This document shows positions 13,306 through 38,700 of a DNA stretch of 64,000 nt, one piece after another. The position numbers and the translations under genes are program-made. The notes beneath the pieces were generated by a model. That model worked only from the letters and a program-made list of their open reading frames with translations. It did no database searches and was not told the DNA's origin. The first letter of the stretch is position 1; each line of letters begins with the position of its first letter. This DNA is from Vicugna vicugna (taxonomy: Eukaryota): assembly GCA_013265495.1 (NCBI GenBank), contig MU058844.1, positions 13,538,184 through 13,602,183 on the forward strand. The letters are read 5' to 3'.

Positions 13306-16300
13306 ATTTAAGTGGAACGCTCTTAGATGACAGTTGCATTTTCCTTTTTTATTCTTTTTTTTCCCCCCAAAATTGAAAGAAAAGAATACAGCCATTTCTT
13401 GCAGGGAAATATGCTACATGGGAGGATCATCCTCAAAAAAGAAGATTACATCAAATCACCATGAGGACAGCAGATCACCTTTTCAGTATCACCACATGTA
13501 CCTGGAGAAATATAAATCAACTTATTAACCAATCAATGCATTTTAAAAACCTCACAGCAAATGTAGAGAATTATTAACCCCCTTCCCTGATACAGTTTTA
13601 GTGAATAATCTCTCCATCTATCTTCTGACTGGCCTAAGTCATTCTTTAAGTGTGTGGCTCATCTTAGTGAAATGGTGGCATAGGACTGAGGGATGAGGGT
13701 GACAGAGGAACCTGAAATTTTATAAATCCCTTGGTAACTTACTCTGCGAACTGTAGCACACATGGTGTGTTTTTGCCCCCCTGGCCAGCATCCATTCCCC
13801 TTCTTTTGGCAACAGCTCTCCATTTCCCCCATTCCTTCCCATGCCCAGCCCACGTGGCTTATGACCCACCGCTGACTCCAGCATGTGACCCAGGCCTGGG
13901 CCCGGAGACGCTTCCTGGGACTTCTTCTGCAACTCTTAGAAAGAAACTCTACTTCAGTTGAGGATTTAACCCTGGAGCTGCTGGTAGATTTTACTGCTTC
14001 AGAACAAAGACAACAGAGAAAAAGTAGAGCCAAAAGACAGGGGGCGCGGGCCGGGGGAGGAGAGAGAGAGAGAGAGGGAGGGAATTTCCAGGTTGTGATA
14101 TTTAGAAAGAGCATGAATGTCCCCATGACACTGTTGAGGTCCTAGGTCCAGTTCCCAGGTATGTAGGACAATAAATCCTGTTTTTTCACTTGTTACTTTG
14201 AGTTTGTATGACTTGCAGTCAAAGGAATCTTGAGAAGTCTACCTATTTGCAAGTGCTAAAGCATACTAAAATTCTAACTGAACAAGGCACATGCCTATTT
14301 AAGGTAAAGGGGCCCCTCCATCCCCTCTGCCTACCCTGGGGGGCTCCAAGAGCAGGGAACTCAAGTGCTCATAAGATCAGATTCTGAGATATTCTTCCTG
14401 TGTTGCATTGAGGCAAGTGCCCTTAATCTGATAGCCTCTTTCTCTGGGGGTTCTATGAAGAGTGTGACAGGTGTGCGAACATCCTATCAAATTGTGGGCA
14501 GAATGTCATGTGTACCCAAATATATGTGCTTTCCTAAGGAAAAGGGTCCATAGAGTTCATCACATTAGAAAGGGGACTGGTAAACCAAAAAAGGTTGTAA
14601 TCCCAGTTAGATGGTTAAAGGGCAAAGTGTAGTATTAAACGTGTTAGAGTTTTCGTTCACATCTTTTAAGTGTGTCAAGTAGCTAGACTGTTTAATTAGA
14701 GGATTTGAAACAGAGAAGCAGCAAAGTCACCATCTTATTAACACCATGAAATGACTTGTTTAAATATAAACCCATTAAATGTTTAAAATACATCATCTAA
14801 AAAGTCCATTTCATCGTGGGCCATCTGTGGTTACCACTATCAGAAGGATGCGAGAGGCGTATAGATTTAACAAATGACTAGAAATCGCTTCCTGGGAAAG
14901 TTCATATATCCCCCTAGTGTTGTGTAAACAAATAAAAAAGCTGTGGTTTTCTTGTTCTATCTGCATAAAATAATAATTCTCATCAGTATCAATACATTTC
15001 ACAGGGTACTGATTAGATCTTGAATATTCATGCACGCATTAAAAAGCCTTCTGTTGCTAAGGTGGAACGTCATATCATGAAATGTGTTCCAGCGTTCCTT
15101 TAGGGAGAAGAATCTTATAACTGAAAATGAAATCAAAAGCTGCAGCTTATCGACAATAACAATCAGGAAGAGAAAGCGGGAAGATTTCCCTGGAAACCGA
15201 AGAGGCTAGATTAGATTCCCAGTGAAATATTAATGTCTTGTGGGCCTGGGGCCTGGAAAGACTAATATTCAAGACATTCATTCAATTCAGTGAGTGTCTT
15301 CAGATCCCAAGCATCCACCATATGTACAAGTCTCATTGTTCGTTTGGGTAATAAGACAACAAAATTCCAGATGGTCGAGGTAGAGTTAAGGGAAATGGAG
15401 CAGGACTGTCCACGGAGGATCCCAGCATAATAATGAACAACCATCTGGAAACACTGGCTTTTAATACTGGGCAAGTTCTCCCCTAGGTAGAAAAAAGGGT
15501 GGAAAACAACTTGGCTTTCACTGCATATCTGATTAGGAGTGTAAAACCCAAGCTGTTCCTTTGAGGGAGAATCCCAGAAATTAGGAACTCCTGTAGACTT
15601 GTAGACACTCATGTCTCACCCTTAGCACTACTGACATTTTGAGGGTTGTATAATGCTTTGTTATCAGGGCTGTAAATTCTTGGACCTGCTGAACTTTAAA
15701 TCTGGAGCAGGGTCACCCCTCCACGTGATTCTGATGTTGGCTAAAGCTTAAGAAACAGCAGTCTAACTCAACTCCTTCATTTCACAATTGGAGACACAGA
15801 GGTTAAGTGTCTATTGAAGAGCCAACCGCCGGTTAGCAGGAAAGCAGTTAAGTTCATCACATCTCCTTCCCCAGAGAGGTTGCTATGCATGGCCTCGCAG
15901 GAGAGGTGGAAATCCTGCAAAGATATTTCCCAGCACCACGACACATGAAACGCCTTGCCGCTCAGCAGAAAACATTCCAAGTCTGGCTGAATATGTTTCT
16001 CAAATCTGGTTTCTCTCCTGGATTCCCAGATCTCCTAAGCTTTCGCGCAGAATACTTCACTTCTATTGACATTATTTTTCTAAAGACAGTTTAATAAAAT
16101 GATTAGTTTACAGCTAGGCTGCTCAATTTTTTTTTAATTGTTATCACTAGATCCCTTTTTAATGATAAAATCACTTGGAGTTAGAAGAAGCCTTAGTTTC
16201 ATAGCCACAGTTATTATCACTGTTATTAATGTTGATAGATAATTGTTGGTTTAAGATTTTAAACCTATCTGTGAGGTTGGCTGGAATAGAAAGCAGCTTA

Positions 16301-17129
16301 GATGTGTTAGAAAATAAAAATGTGTCAACCTCTTGTATTTGAGAAACTTTTTCTTGATTGCTTATTTTTTTAATTAGAAAAAAATATAGAATGCTGTGAA
16401 AAAAATAATTTTTAGCCCTAGTAAATGAGTTTAGAAATGTTACATGGAAAATAAGTCACACTTATTTGCCCACTTTTTCCACTTTTTAAAGTGAGATAAA
16501 TGCACACTTCCCACCCCAACATCGTTAAGCCACGTCTTGACTTCTCTGCCCTCTACCTTCTGGGTTAATTTTGTGGGAATTAAGGTCTCTAATTACCAAG
16601 GAGAGTGGGGAGGCCCAGTTATTTTGCTTTCCATGGGAAAAAGAATAAACAGGGTTAAGAGCTGGTGGAACGTGTCATCTACAGGAGGGCAGCTGCACAC
16701 GCGGGTCTAGATTGCCTAAGAGGCCAAGGACGCAAGAAATCACAATCAAAATGGGTCTGTCTGCCAGGGAGGGCTTTCCCAGCCTGATTTGTGCCAAGTA
16801 ACTTTAGAAACAGTAGTTTTTCTTTCCCTGTTTAATGATATTTGTGCAGTTTCTGGAAATAACCTTGCAGATCTAAGTCCACATTTATGTTCAGATTTCC
16901 AAGAAAGTTAAAATAAAATGATGCAAATAGCGACTGATTTACAATTGTTTTGCTGTTTCAACTGCCATCCTTTGAAACATCTCTGTACAGAGAGGTAACA
17001 TAGTCAATATTTTGGTGACCATTTTTTTAATAGACTTCCCTATGCATGTGTGCACACACACATAGACAGCATAAATAGATTCATATGTTTGATGTTTTAT
17101 CATAGTCATCTTTTTCTTTTAGTTTTGCC

Positions 17130-18135
17130 TAATTCCTTTTTCTTTTCTAATCATCTTCATCTCTAAGGTAGCCCTCCTTGAAAGCTTAATAGGTAGCCTT
17201 CCAAGTCTTTGTTCATTGTACAATCACATACACACACATAATTATTATGTCCAGCACATAGAACAGAATCAAGTATTTAAAACAGTGCCAAAAACACTGT
17301 AGTTACTCAATAATATTTGCTGAATGAATGGGTTGCTTCATAAAAATGAGATAATTATATCTGTATATATAATTACTATAAAATTATAATTATTTTATAT
17401 ACGTATAATGATCCCATCTTTCTGTATATGGGTTTTATCACTCAGTGCCTCTAGGTAATCGCTCCATATAGATTTAATTAATCCTTACTCATGGTTGCAT
17501 AATATCTTACAGTTATGAAGGCAACACCAATTTAATTTAGCTATATCCCTAATAAATAGTCAAGATGATTTTACTTTTTTGCCACTATAAAGAAATGATA
17601 ACTAACATTTATTGAGTGTGTACCACATGCAAAGCATTTTTTTGGTAAGCACTTTCATATATAAAGTCACTGAATTAAGGTTATTCTCTCCATCGTAGGA
17701 AACGGAACAGGGGTAAGAAACTTGCCCAAGGCTACATAGCCAGTAGATGGCAAACTAGTCAGCGTGGCTCCAAAGTACCTTTCACTGAACTGATTCTAAA
17801 CAAGGCAGTAATCAACACAATTGTACGTATATCCTAATGGAATGGTGCTTTATTTCTAGTTGACAGTTTCCCAGGAGTGGAATTACTGTGGAGGAGTATG
17901 TGCATATTTTGTATTAATAGATTGCTTTGCAAAAAGGCAGTAACAGTTTACACTTCCACCACCACTGTGTGAGAATGAGCTTTCCTTCAGCAGATTATCA
18001 TTTAAAATTTTTTTAAAAAAATGTTTTACCAATGAGGTAAGTGAGAAATGATATTTCATATGTCTCTGTGCGTTTCTGACAGTAGTGAGGTTGAGCACCA
18101 TGTTTATCAGCCATTTGGATTTGCTCTGTTATAAA
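17130..18135 (-). mobile_element. Old L1 3' region interrupted by MIR/L2-like remnants
   Basis: TTTACACTTCCACCACCACTGTGTGAGA and GAGGTTGAGCACC..TATCAGCCATTTGGAT are L1 antisense hallmarks. Confidence 0.6.
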
Positions 18136-18139
18136 CTGC

Positions 18140-18300
18140 TGTATTAGTCAGGGTTCTCCAGAGACACGGAACATATAATTACTCATATGGTTATGGAGGT
18201 CTAGCAAGTCCAAAACTCTGCAGGGTGCGCCAGCAGGGGAGACCCAGAGAAGAGCTGACACTGCAGCTCAAGTCCAAAAGCTGCAAGGCTGAAAACCCAG
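18140..18300. mobile_element. MLT2 (ERVL) LTR fragment
   Basis: TGTATTAGTCAGGGTTCTCCAGAGA terminus. Confidence 0.65.
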
Positions 18301-19697
18301 CTTTCCTGTCAACAACTTTAAAACAACTAATCCTTTTGGTATAGTAGCCTTTCTAAAGCTGTTAAAGTTCAGACTGCCTGGATTTGAAGTCTAGCTCTCC
18401 ACTTACTAGTGACTGAATTCTCTAAAGTAAGGATATTAAAAACCTGTTTATAGGGTTTCTGGGGACACTGAAGGAGTTGCTTCTCACTTAATAACTTTCA
18501 CCTGTTGTTGTTTGTTCTCTTTTACGGATTTGTCCGTTTCTTTTTCTTTTCTTTTCCCTTTTTCCTTTCCTTTTCTTTTCTTTTTTTCTTTTTTAAAGCA
18601 AATTGTTAAGAATATAGGGATGAAATAACTGTCATTTAGAAGATACACAGGATAAAAGCAAAAAACTTAACATAATCATGTGTCCTGGGATCTTCTGTCT
18701 CTAAGTAACTTTTATACAGGTACCTCATAAACGAAAATCTTTTATAGAAGATATACAAAGGAGGATTTCAGATAAACGTTCCCCATTTCACTAATGCAAG
18801 GAATCCACCTACTAAATATCCCCCCTATTTGTGTTGCAAAAAAATCTTTAAAATGTTAAGAAATAAGGCCAATCATCAGAAGCCTTCTTACCTTTGGTGT
18901 GTATGGGAACTTTTAGGTTCCTAAGAGTGTAAAAATTTGTAGCAGTGATGAACCTCACATCTTGACGTATGGGTGTCGGGGTAGACAGGAGTTAGTTATT
19001 TTGAGAACTGTTTGGCTAGGCGAAATATTTTATAAATGGCGCTCAGTTACTATCCCTCTTAGAGAAATACCATGACCCTAGAAAGCTTCTCATCAGAAAC
19101 AATGACTTTGAAAACCTCCTTTCCCAAAATTATCAATCTTAGAGAGTTTGTTTTAACTTTGTTTTTGTTTCAAGGACTAGAAATAATGTAAAGTGCCCAC
19201 TACAAAGAAGCCTCACAATAAATGGTAGCTGTTATCGTCACTCCTTGCCGTCAAAGACCGTATATTATCATATCCGTACCACCTCCCAACGCCTTGCACG
19301 TATTTGACGATCATATAAATATTTATCAAATAAGTGAATGAGCGATATCAATGAGAGGTTGCACTCTGGCTAACGCCTGGAGTCCGGCGTTATGGGTTAG
19401 ACACTGCGGCCCCGAGAAAACGGGAGATGAATCCATCTCCAGCTTGTCCACTGTCCGCAGTGCTAAACTACAATCCCCAGCATGCAGTGCATCCCGGAAG
19501 AGAAGTTTCCAGCTCTCCATTGGGCACGCAGGAGAAACGTAGTAGTTTATGCAAATACGCGGGCTCTAGCGTACGCACGCACGGAGACTGCGCACATCTC
19601 CTCGTCTGAGTTCGCGGAACTCATTTTGAGTACGGGGATTTTAGCCGGTAGAATTTAAGGAAGGTTCACTTCCGGGAACACCGGAAGCAGTTTGAAG

Positions 19698-31628
<11,931 letters not shown>

Positions 31629-31658
31629 CATACAAAACCCCAAAACCCCGATCTAGAA

Positions 31659-31664
31659 TTTATT
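31659..31664 (-). terminator. Candidate GLIPR1 poly(A) signal AATAAA
   Basis: First canonical AATAAA I found on the - strand downstream of the GLIPR1 stop (TTTATT on +). Confidence 0.45.
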
Positions 31665-32640
31665 AAGCTATCTCCTTTTGTAAAGGATTTTGTGATATTA
31701 GGGCATTAGTTGCCTTAACTGTGAGAAGTAATACTCTCATCAATTTTTTCTGTTTGTTTTGTTCTTTATAACAGTGCTTCTATAAACAGCTATTCTTTAC
31801 AAATTATTGTATTCTTCATGTGTTTTTTGAAAAATTTTACACTGGAAAGTGGTATATATGTGTTTGTATGCATTGCACCTAATCTATTCCAGGCAGGTTT
31901 TGCCTAATCATGATTTTAGGATTAATTCTTTAGGTTGTCTATGTGAAGATTTTTGGAATGTGGCTATTGTAATTCTCCATCAGATCCAATGTCTGATGCC
32001 ATTGGTTACTCTTACAAGTCATGGCCCAGCATTTGGTTTTGAGGAAAATACATGCAGATTTTTCAGTGCTCTCTCTGATGACAGCAAGGAAACATTTAGG
32101 CTTATTCCTTTTTATAATCACACTTTATATTTTGTCCCAAGATTAACCCCTAAGCCAAAAAGGCAAGACCTCCTACAGTAAATCCCTTAATTGCTACTCC
32201 ATTCTGTGTCTGAGGAAGGAGTAAGCCAGAACGATATCAGAGTGCAAGAGAGCGGGGAAACCAGATCTTTGGAGTTGAAGCAGCATGCAAGAGGTCATGC
32301 AGGGATGTTTTTACTAATGAGGGTCAGTGCAGTTAGACTCACGTAAGTCTAGCTCACTCATTTCACATGTTTAGAAGCTGAGGCACACGGGGGATAGGTT
32401 ATTTATGGAAAGTCACAGCTGTGGCAGCCTGAAAACAATGCTTATTCAGAGAAACTGGAAAGTAAAGATGAGTTTCTCCTATAGCATTAGGAAGTCGAAC
32501 AGTTTCTTCTTTTGGGTAATAGTTTGTGGCAAGTATTTTTTTTTTCTGAAATATTTTAAAATTAGAAATACACCTAGTGTTACTTTTTTTTTTAAAAAAG
32601 GCCATACATGAGGGGTTTTTTTCCTGTTTTTCTTTTTTTT

Positions 32641-32795
32641 TTAATGGAAAGGAACTAAATGAGGATATTTGTACTTGACCAAAATGATAATTATAACAGT
32701 CAGTAATATGATTGGTGGACTAATGACGAGAAAGAGAGACAGGTGTCTGTTACGTGGATATATCGGCCAATCTGGAAACACAACAGAATAGTAAC
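32641..32795 (-). CDS. GLIPR1: GLIPR1 exon 6, coding part (155 nt)
   Basis: YYSVVFPDWPIYPRNRHLSLFLVISPPIILLTVIIIILVKYKYPHLVPFH-TAA. Confidence 0.95.
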
Positions 32796-35700
32796 CTGTG
32801 AAACAAACATAAAATAGCCTCTTAACTGTTGTTCCTCATAATGCAGTAACATAGCTCACATAGGTCTTAAAAATTTAAGGTTTATATACATACGTGTGAC
32901 TTTATCTCGCTGTGGGTTAACTGTAAAATCAGAAGAAAGAAAAAAATTAAAAGGGTGGCTGCTAGCGTGGCTTTTGTTTATTTTTAAAAGCCAAGTCTCT
33001 TAATTATAATCATTGACTGTTCCTTTGGCTTTATTGCAGTGATATTCAGAGGTTAATTATGTAAGATTTTTTTTGTGCTGATGATATTTTTAATCAACTT
33101 TTTATATAAACTTAATATATAAACTTTTTATATACCACTATTATAAATGGAAAATCATTTTACATATCATATCTGGCAGATAATAAATATAATTTAAAGT
33201 AAAATTAAAACATTAGAATTAAAAATAAAAATAACTAAATATTAGTAGTAATCAATGTGAGCAATTTATTAAAACATTTTCCTGAAAGTAAGTTGTTCTC
33301 TGGGAAGAATGACGCTACTTATGATCAGTCAGTGATACAGAGACAGGGGTCTCTCATCCATTATCAGTAGGGCATTTGGTTCTCATAAACTCATAATTAC
33401 CCCTCTTCTTCAACTGAGCTTTATTCAGATTTTAACATTCAGAGCACCAGGAAGAAAATTCCCCATCTGCCTTGGCCTTCCTACACATTTTTATTAAATG
33501 GTCAGACACCTTTTCCACACCAGCTCTGTGGCAGCTGCTGTTGGATTCCTGTGGTGGAATCCATCAAGGAGCTGGCCCTTTGGGTACTTGTGAGCATCCT
33601 CGGTCATCATACATGTGACCGGGCTTTGTGATGAATTGCCACAAAGCTTCTGCTTCTTTACCTTTTCTTGGCAGTTATATCCATGAAGTCAAGGTATGAT
33701 GTGCTAGTTATATTTTTTTCTTACACACATTTTTTTTAACGTTAAATATTCAACTTTTGAATAGTGAAACAAATATACATCCACACACTAGCTAAAATCA
33801 GCTTGTGTACTGTTGGTGTGCCCAGCACATTTATGCAAAGCTGCACTGGTCTGGCCTCCATTGGTATTTATTGAACCTACCAACAGTATCTAGAAGACCA
33901 CAAAGGGATTTTTTTCCTCCAGTGTTTGCCATTATTTGTCAGAGATGGAATCTGTTAAATAAAAGCCTTTATCGTCTAACCTTTACCCCCTGTAAATTAG
34001 GATGTCTTTTCCTTTGTTTTTCTTAAGAGCCCAGGGGCTTTTCATTATTGGACTACCCCTTAAATTTCTGAATTTTATCCCACAGAATTAGAGACCATTT
34101 CAAGCTAGATCCCCAACCAAGAGCAAAAACTAAAACTCCAGCAGTTTTCTTCTTCTTACTGTGCTGGTGGTGGTGGTACTAATTATGTAGATTTTTAAAG
34201 AGAATGATTTTTTTTTTTTTTTGAGAAACATGCAGTCAAATTAGTGCTTATTTGCCGGCCAGACTAGTCACTTTGGTTACCAAGGTGCATTAGATAGCCG
34301 TAATTCCTCACTGTTTGGAATTTACAGTCTAGTGGGACAGACAGGTAACCGGTGACAATTAAATTATCCTTCACTCTGATTTAAAGTAATTGTCTCAGGT
34401 TTTGTCACTGACTTTACGGAAGCATCATGAGGATTATTCACGAGCATGAAAACGTCACCTGAAAGTTCGGGCATAAAGAAGACGCTAGCACACAAGGTAA
34501 ACCCAAGATTGGGGATTACACGGAGTATGAATTTGGGGATGAAAGACAGTGTTTATTGATTGATACTGTATGCCAAGCACTTTTCTAAGTATAACTTTTT
34601 TCTATTCGTTTCATCAAACCCCTGAGGATGTGCCATTGTCTGCATTTTATTGTTGAGGAAATAGGTCCAGACACTTGCCCAAGGTCACAGTGGTGGAACT
34701 GGAGACTGAACTCAGGCATATTGTTTCGAAAATCTGTGATTTTAACTCCTATGTCATACAGCGTAACTTGGGGGGAAAATAATAATAATACACTTTGCAG
34801 TGTTGGCAGCAACATGAAAAATTCAGCTAATATATTGATACTCTGAGAAGAGATTTGTTGTACTGTGGGTACGTGTCACTGGGTTCTCTTAACAAAAGTA
34901 ATATGAGAGAAAAAAGGAATGGCTGAACTGGAGAGACATGACCAGCTCAGAAAGCTGGGCTATAAAGTGTTGCTGTATGTGGAGTAAAAATGAGAATTCA
35001 GTGTTTACAAATCGGGAGGAAAGGAACACGCAGTTTAAAAGAATTTTACAATTTTAGACCTGGAGGGGACCTTGGAAAATGTGTAAGCAATGAAGCACTT
35101 TTGCCAAACAAAAATTTATGCAGTTAAGTTCAGTCTACTCTCCTTTTTCTGCTCTAAGCACCCCTGCAGCCCTGAGGGGTTCAGCTGGTTATAGATGTGG
35201 ACACAGAAGTACTACAGGATTGGCACAGCTGTAATAGCTTAATTGAGGTTTCCCTTTTCATACCATGGCAAAAACTTTAAAACATACTGGGATGGAAAAC
35301 AATGCGTCTGGAACAGGAGCCGTAAATACATTCTTGGCTAGTTGTGTATTAATATTTCAAAATTACATAAAACATCCTTGGAAAGTTACCTTCACTTGCC
35401 TTCTACATGATTCCTCATTGAATGCCTTCTGTCTTACTAGTAAAAAGTGCCACATTGCAGCTTTACTTCATTTATTTAGTCCTACAGATGAAAATGCAAG
35501 TCTTGGGTGCTTTGGGCAGGTATCACAAAATTCAGATTCTTTTGGGTGACTTTGTTTTACGAAGTCTGATCTTGCTGAAATTAGCAAATCTTGGGTCTAC
35601 AGTTTCCAACACTAGAGTCATTTGTTCTTGTTCTGATTAACTCTAAATAAAAAGGATATTATTTGCTTCTTTAAATTTCTCTTGAACGTGTATTCATTCC

Positions 35701-38700
35701 TAGGCCAGTAAGCCATTGATTTGATTGCTACCTGATGTCACTTTCTGAAAATAGCTGTTAGGATAAAATAAATAGCTCTGTAGAGAGTTACAAGAATTTG
35801 AACACACTGTATTACTGGTAGACTGTTTCTTTTACTCACCACAGAGGTTGTCCAGACACTTGTCATTACTGGGGCAGGCACTGCAAGTGGACCCTTTTTT
35901 GTATGGCCAGGTGGGGTAATTTCCTCTAGGAAGTAGAAAAAAGATGTCCATTAAAGTTTTGGCTTTGTTTTGTTTTGCTTTTTCAATTGCTATTTATTAT
36001 GAGTCCTTGGCTAGGAGAAAGTCCACCGATTCAGAGGGTTGGAGAGAGGAGTGGAGAGAGGCAGAAATGGAAGCCTGCTAATGTTTGCAGAGTTCATTCT
36101 ACGTGCCAATGTCTATGAACCTGTATCTTAATCATCTCACTTAATTCTTAAAACAACTTGGGGAGGAAGTGATTTTTATTTCTGTTTTAGTGATGAGGAA
36201 ACTAAAACTCTAAAAGATTAAGTAACTTGCCAAAAGTCACAGTGTACACATACCAAAGAACAAAACCTGGATTTGTCTGGCTTCAGGGCAGTGCTCCGTC
36301 TGCTTACTGTCTGGCCTGTGTAATCACTTGTCCATCTTAGAAAAGCTATCATGACCCACATTTGTTCTCAGTCTAACAAGCCTTCATAGTTTTTACTGAA
36401 TAAGACCCATTTGACTGGGGTAACTGCCTTCCAAAAGAATAACAAGAGATGTGGGGGAGTTTCTAAAGTGCAGTTTGTTTTCACATAAAAGATGTGATAG
36501 GAATAACACCATAATTACTGAGCACTCTTCATGTGCTAGGCACTGTCCCAAGCATCCCTGAATAAACCAGTCTTCACAGTAATCCTGTGACAAAGATACT
36601 ATTATTTTTTTTTATCCCCAAAGTTAGAGGCTAAGGCAAGTGTAAGTCATTGACCAAAAGCACAGATTAGAAAGTGAAGTAGTATCCAAACATTTTATAT
36701 CCCCAGGAATAGCTTTGGCGTAGCCTCGATGGGAGGCTGTACGTTTATTTCAATGAACCTGCCATGGCACTGATCTCTTTTAGAACTCTGCTTTTGGAAA
36801 GGAGTTCTTAACTCTTTTGTGTCACAGTACACTCTGGCAGCCTGGTGCAGCCTATGGACTCTGACTCTAGTTTTTACATGCTTAAAATAAAGCTCGTGGA
36901 ATTATAAAGTTAACTGATTAAATAGAGCTAGTTATTAAAATGTTAAAAAATAGTTGAGATGTACTAACATGTACTTCTCTGTTAAGCATTAGATAAGATC
37001 TAGCAGGGAGCCTGATTATAGTAATTTCAAAGTAGTGATAAATAACAACTTCTGAGATAAATGCAGAAAGGCGAATGATACGAACATAGCTGTGACATTC
37101 ACAAAGAAGCGCAGTACAGTCCTAGGTGCTCTGGTATGACTGGACTGTTACCTTCATTCCTAAAGAAATGTTATTTACAACAGTAGTGAAAAAGATGTTA
37201 ACTTTTCTAACCCGAATTCATGGACTCCCCTAACCTAGTACTATAAATTTATCTCCAAAGTTAAGAACCCCCTTAGAGACATTATTTTTCATTAACACCT
37301 CATTTCTAACCAAAAATATACGTTCTAATCTTGTTTTGCTCCAAATTAATTTAGGTTGTTTCAGAAATTAAACTTGCCCTCCTGCTTATTCTACACTGTG
37401 GAAAATGGTGAAAGGAGTAGAGATTCTGATAACAATGATAAAAGATGTCCAAAATGGACAGTGATCATTGGACTAAAAAGTACAGTAGTCATCGAGTGGT
37501 TACGTTCCAAAATGTTTTTAGTAAAATAATTTATGCTACTTCATTCTTTGTTAATTGTGTATTCTATACTATAAAGAAAAAGGGAAATTTGCTATTTCAA
37601 ACACAAGCTAAAAACAAGGCAGTTGTGACTTCTAGGGAATGGCAGAATTTATCCTGGGAGAAACATGCTCCTGGAAAGGCCTGGATTTTGTCTAGATGGT
37701 GATTAAGACAAAGGGACCTCAAGTATTCGGCCCAATAAAAAGGCAGAAACTTTCAGTGTTTCCCCTGGTCACCTGAGGGATAAGCGGGTTGAGGCCCTTG
37801 AACTCTGGCAAAGAGAAAAGACAGATCTTTAAAGAAAAGCTTAGATATGAGTAACAAGATCAAGAAAACCTTAGGTATGGTGGCCAGGGTATGCTAGGCA
37901 CTGTACCACTGTCTGCTCATCGAGGTACTTATTTCCTCCTCAGAGGTATAATCGCCTCTTCCACTAGCCCACTGAGCGGTGGCGAGGCACCGGGGGGGGG
38001 GGGGGGGGGNNNNNNNNNNNNNNNNNNNNNNNNNNNNNNNNNNNNNNNNNNNNNNNNNNNNNNNNNNNNNNNNNNNNNNNNNNNNNNNNNNNNNNNNNNN
38101 NNNNNNNNNNNNNNNNNNNNNNNNNNNNNNNNNNNNNNNNNNNNNNNNNNNNNNNNNNNNNNNNNNNNNNNNNNNNNNNNNNNNNNNNNNNNNNNNNNGG
38201 GGGGGGGGGGGGGGGCGGTCAGTAAGATGTCTGTGCTTCCGACGATGCGGGTCAGGGAGACCCCGGGTAGCACGGAGGAGGGGATGCTTATATTCTATAA
38301 TGAAGATAACTACTTCTAAAATAGATTTTTTTTTCCAGAAAGGTTAATTTGAGCACTTACGCTGGTCCGTAGTTGCATATAAAATGTGCTAAACCTTGAA
38401 AACCTTCAAAGCCAGAAACTCGAGGACAAAATTGCACTGCGCAGCCAACCTTGTAACTATCTGCCCAAACAACCTGAAAAAAATATAAGGATTTTTAAGA
38501 AGAGAGTTAATAAAATGGACACGAGTATGATTAGGCCTTCATAAATGTGGTCAGGTATATTCACTCTCGTTGGGTACAGCAGTTAGCACCAGGGAAGCTT
38601 TAGGCACTCAGAATTCAGTTGGAAACAAGACTGTGTGCGTGAAATAAACATAACAGATAATTAAGATAATTTTTGACAGTGCAATGAAGAAATAAAACAG

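Noticed and set aside
13659..14145. Several overlapping ORFs up to 155 aa
   Set aside because: They lie in LTR-like, low-complexity sequence with no domain similarity.
37891..38347. ORFs with poly-G/P and X runs; possible G-quadruplex
   Set aside because: They span the assembly gap, and the true poly-G length is unknown and may be an artefact.
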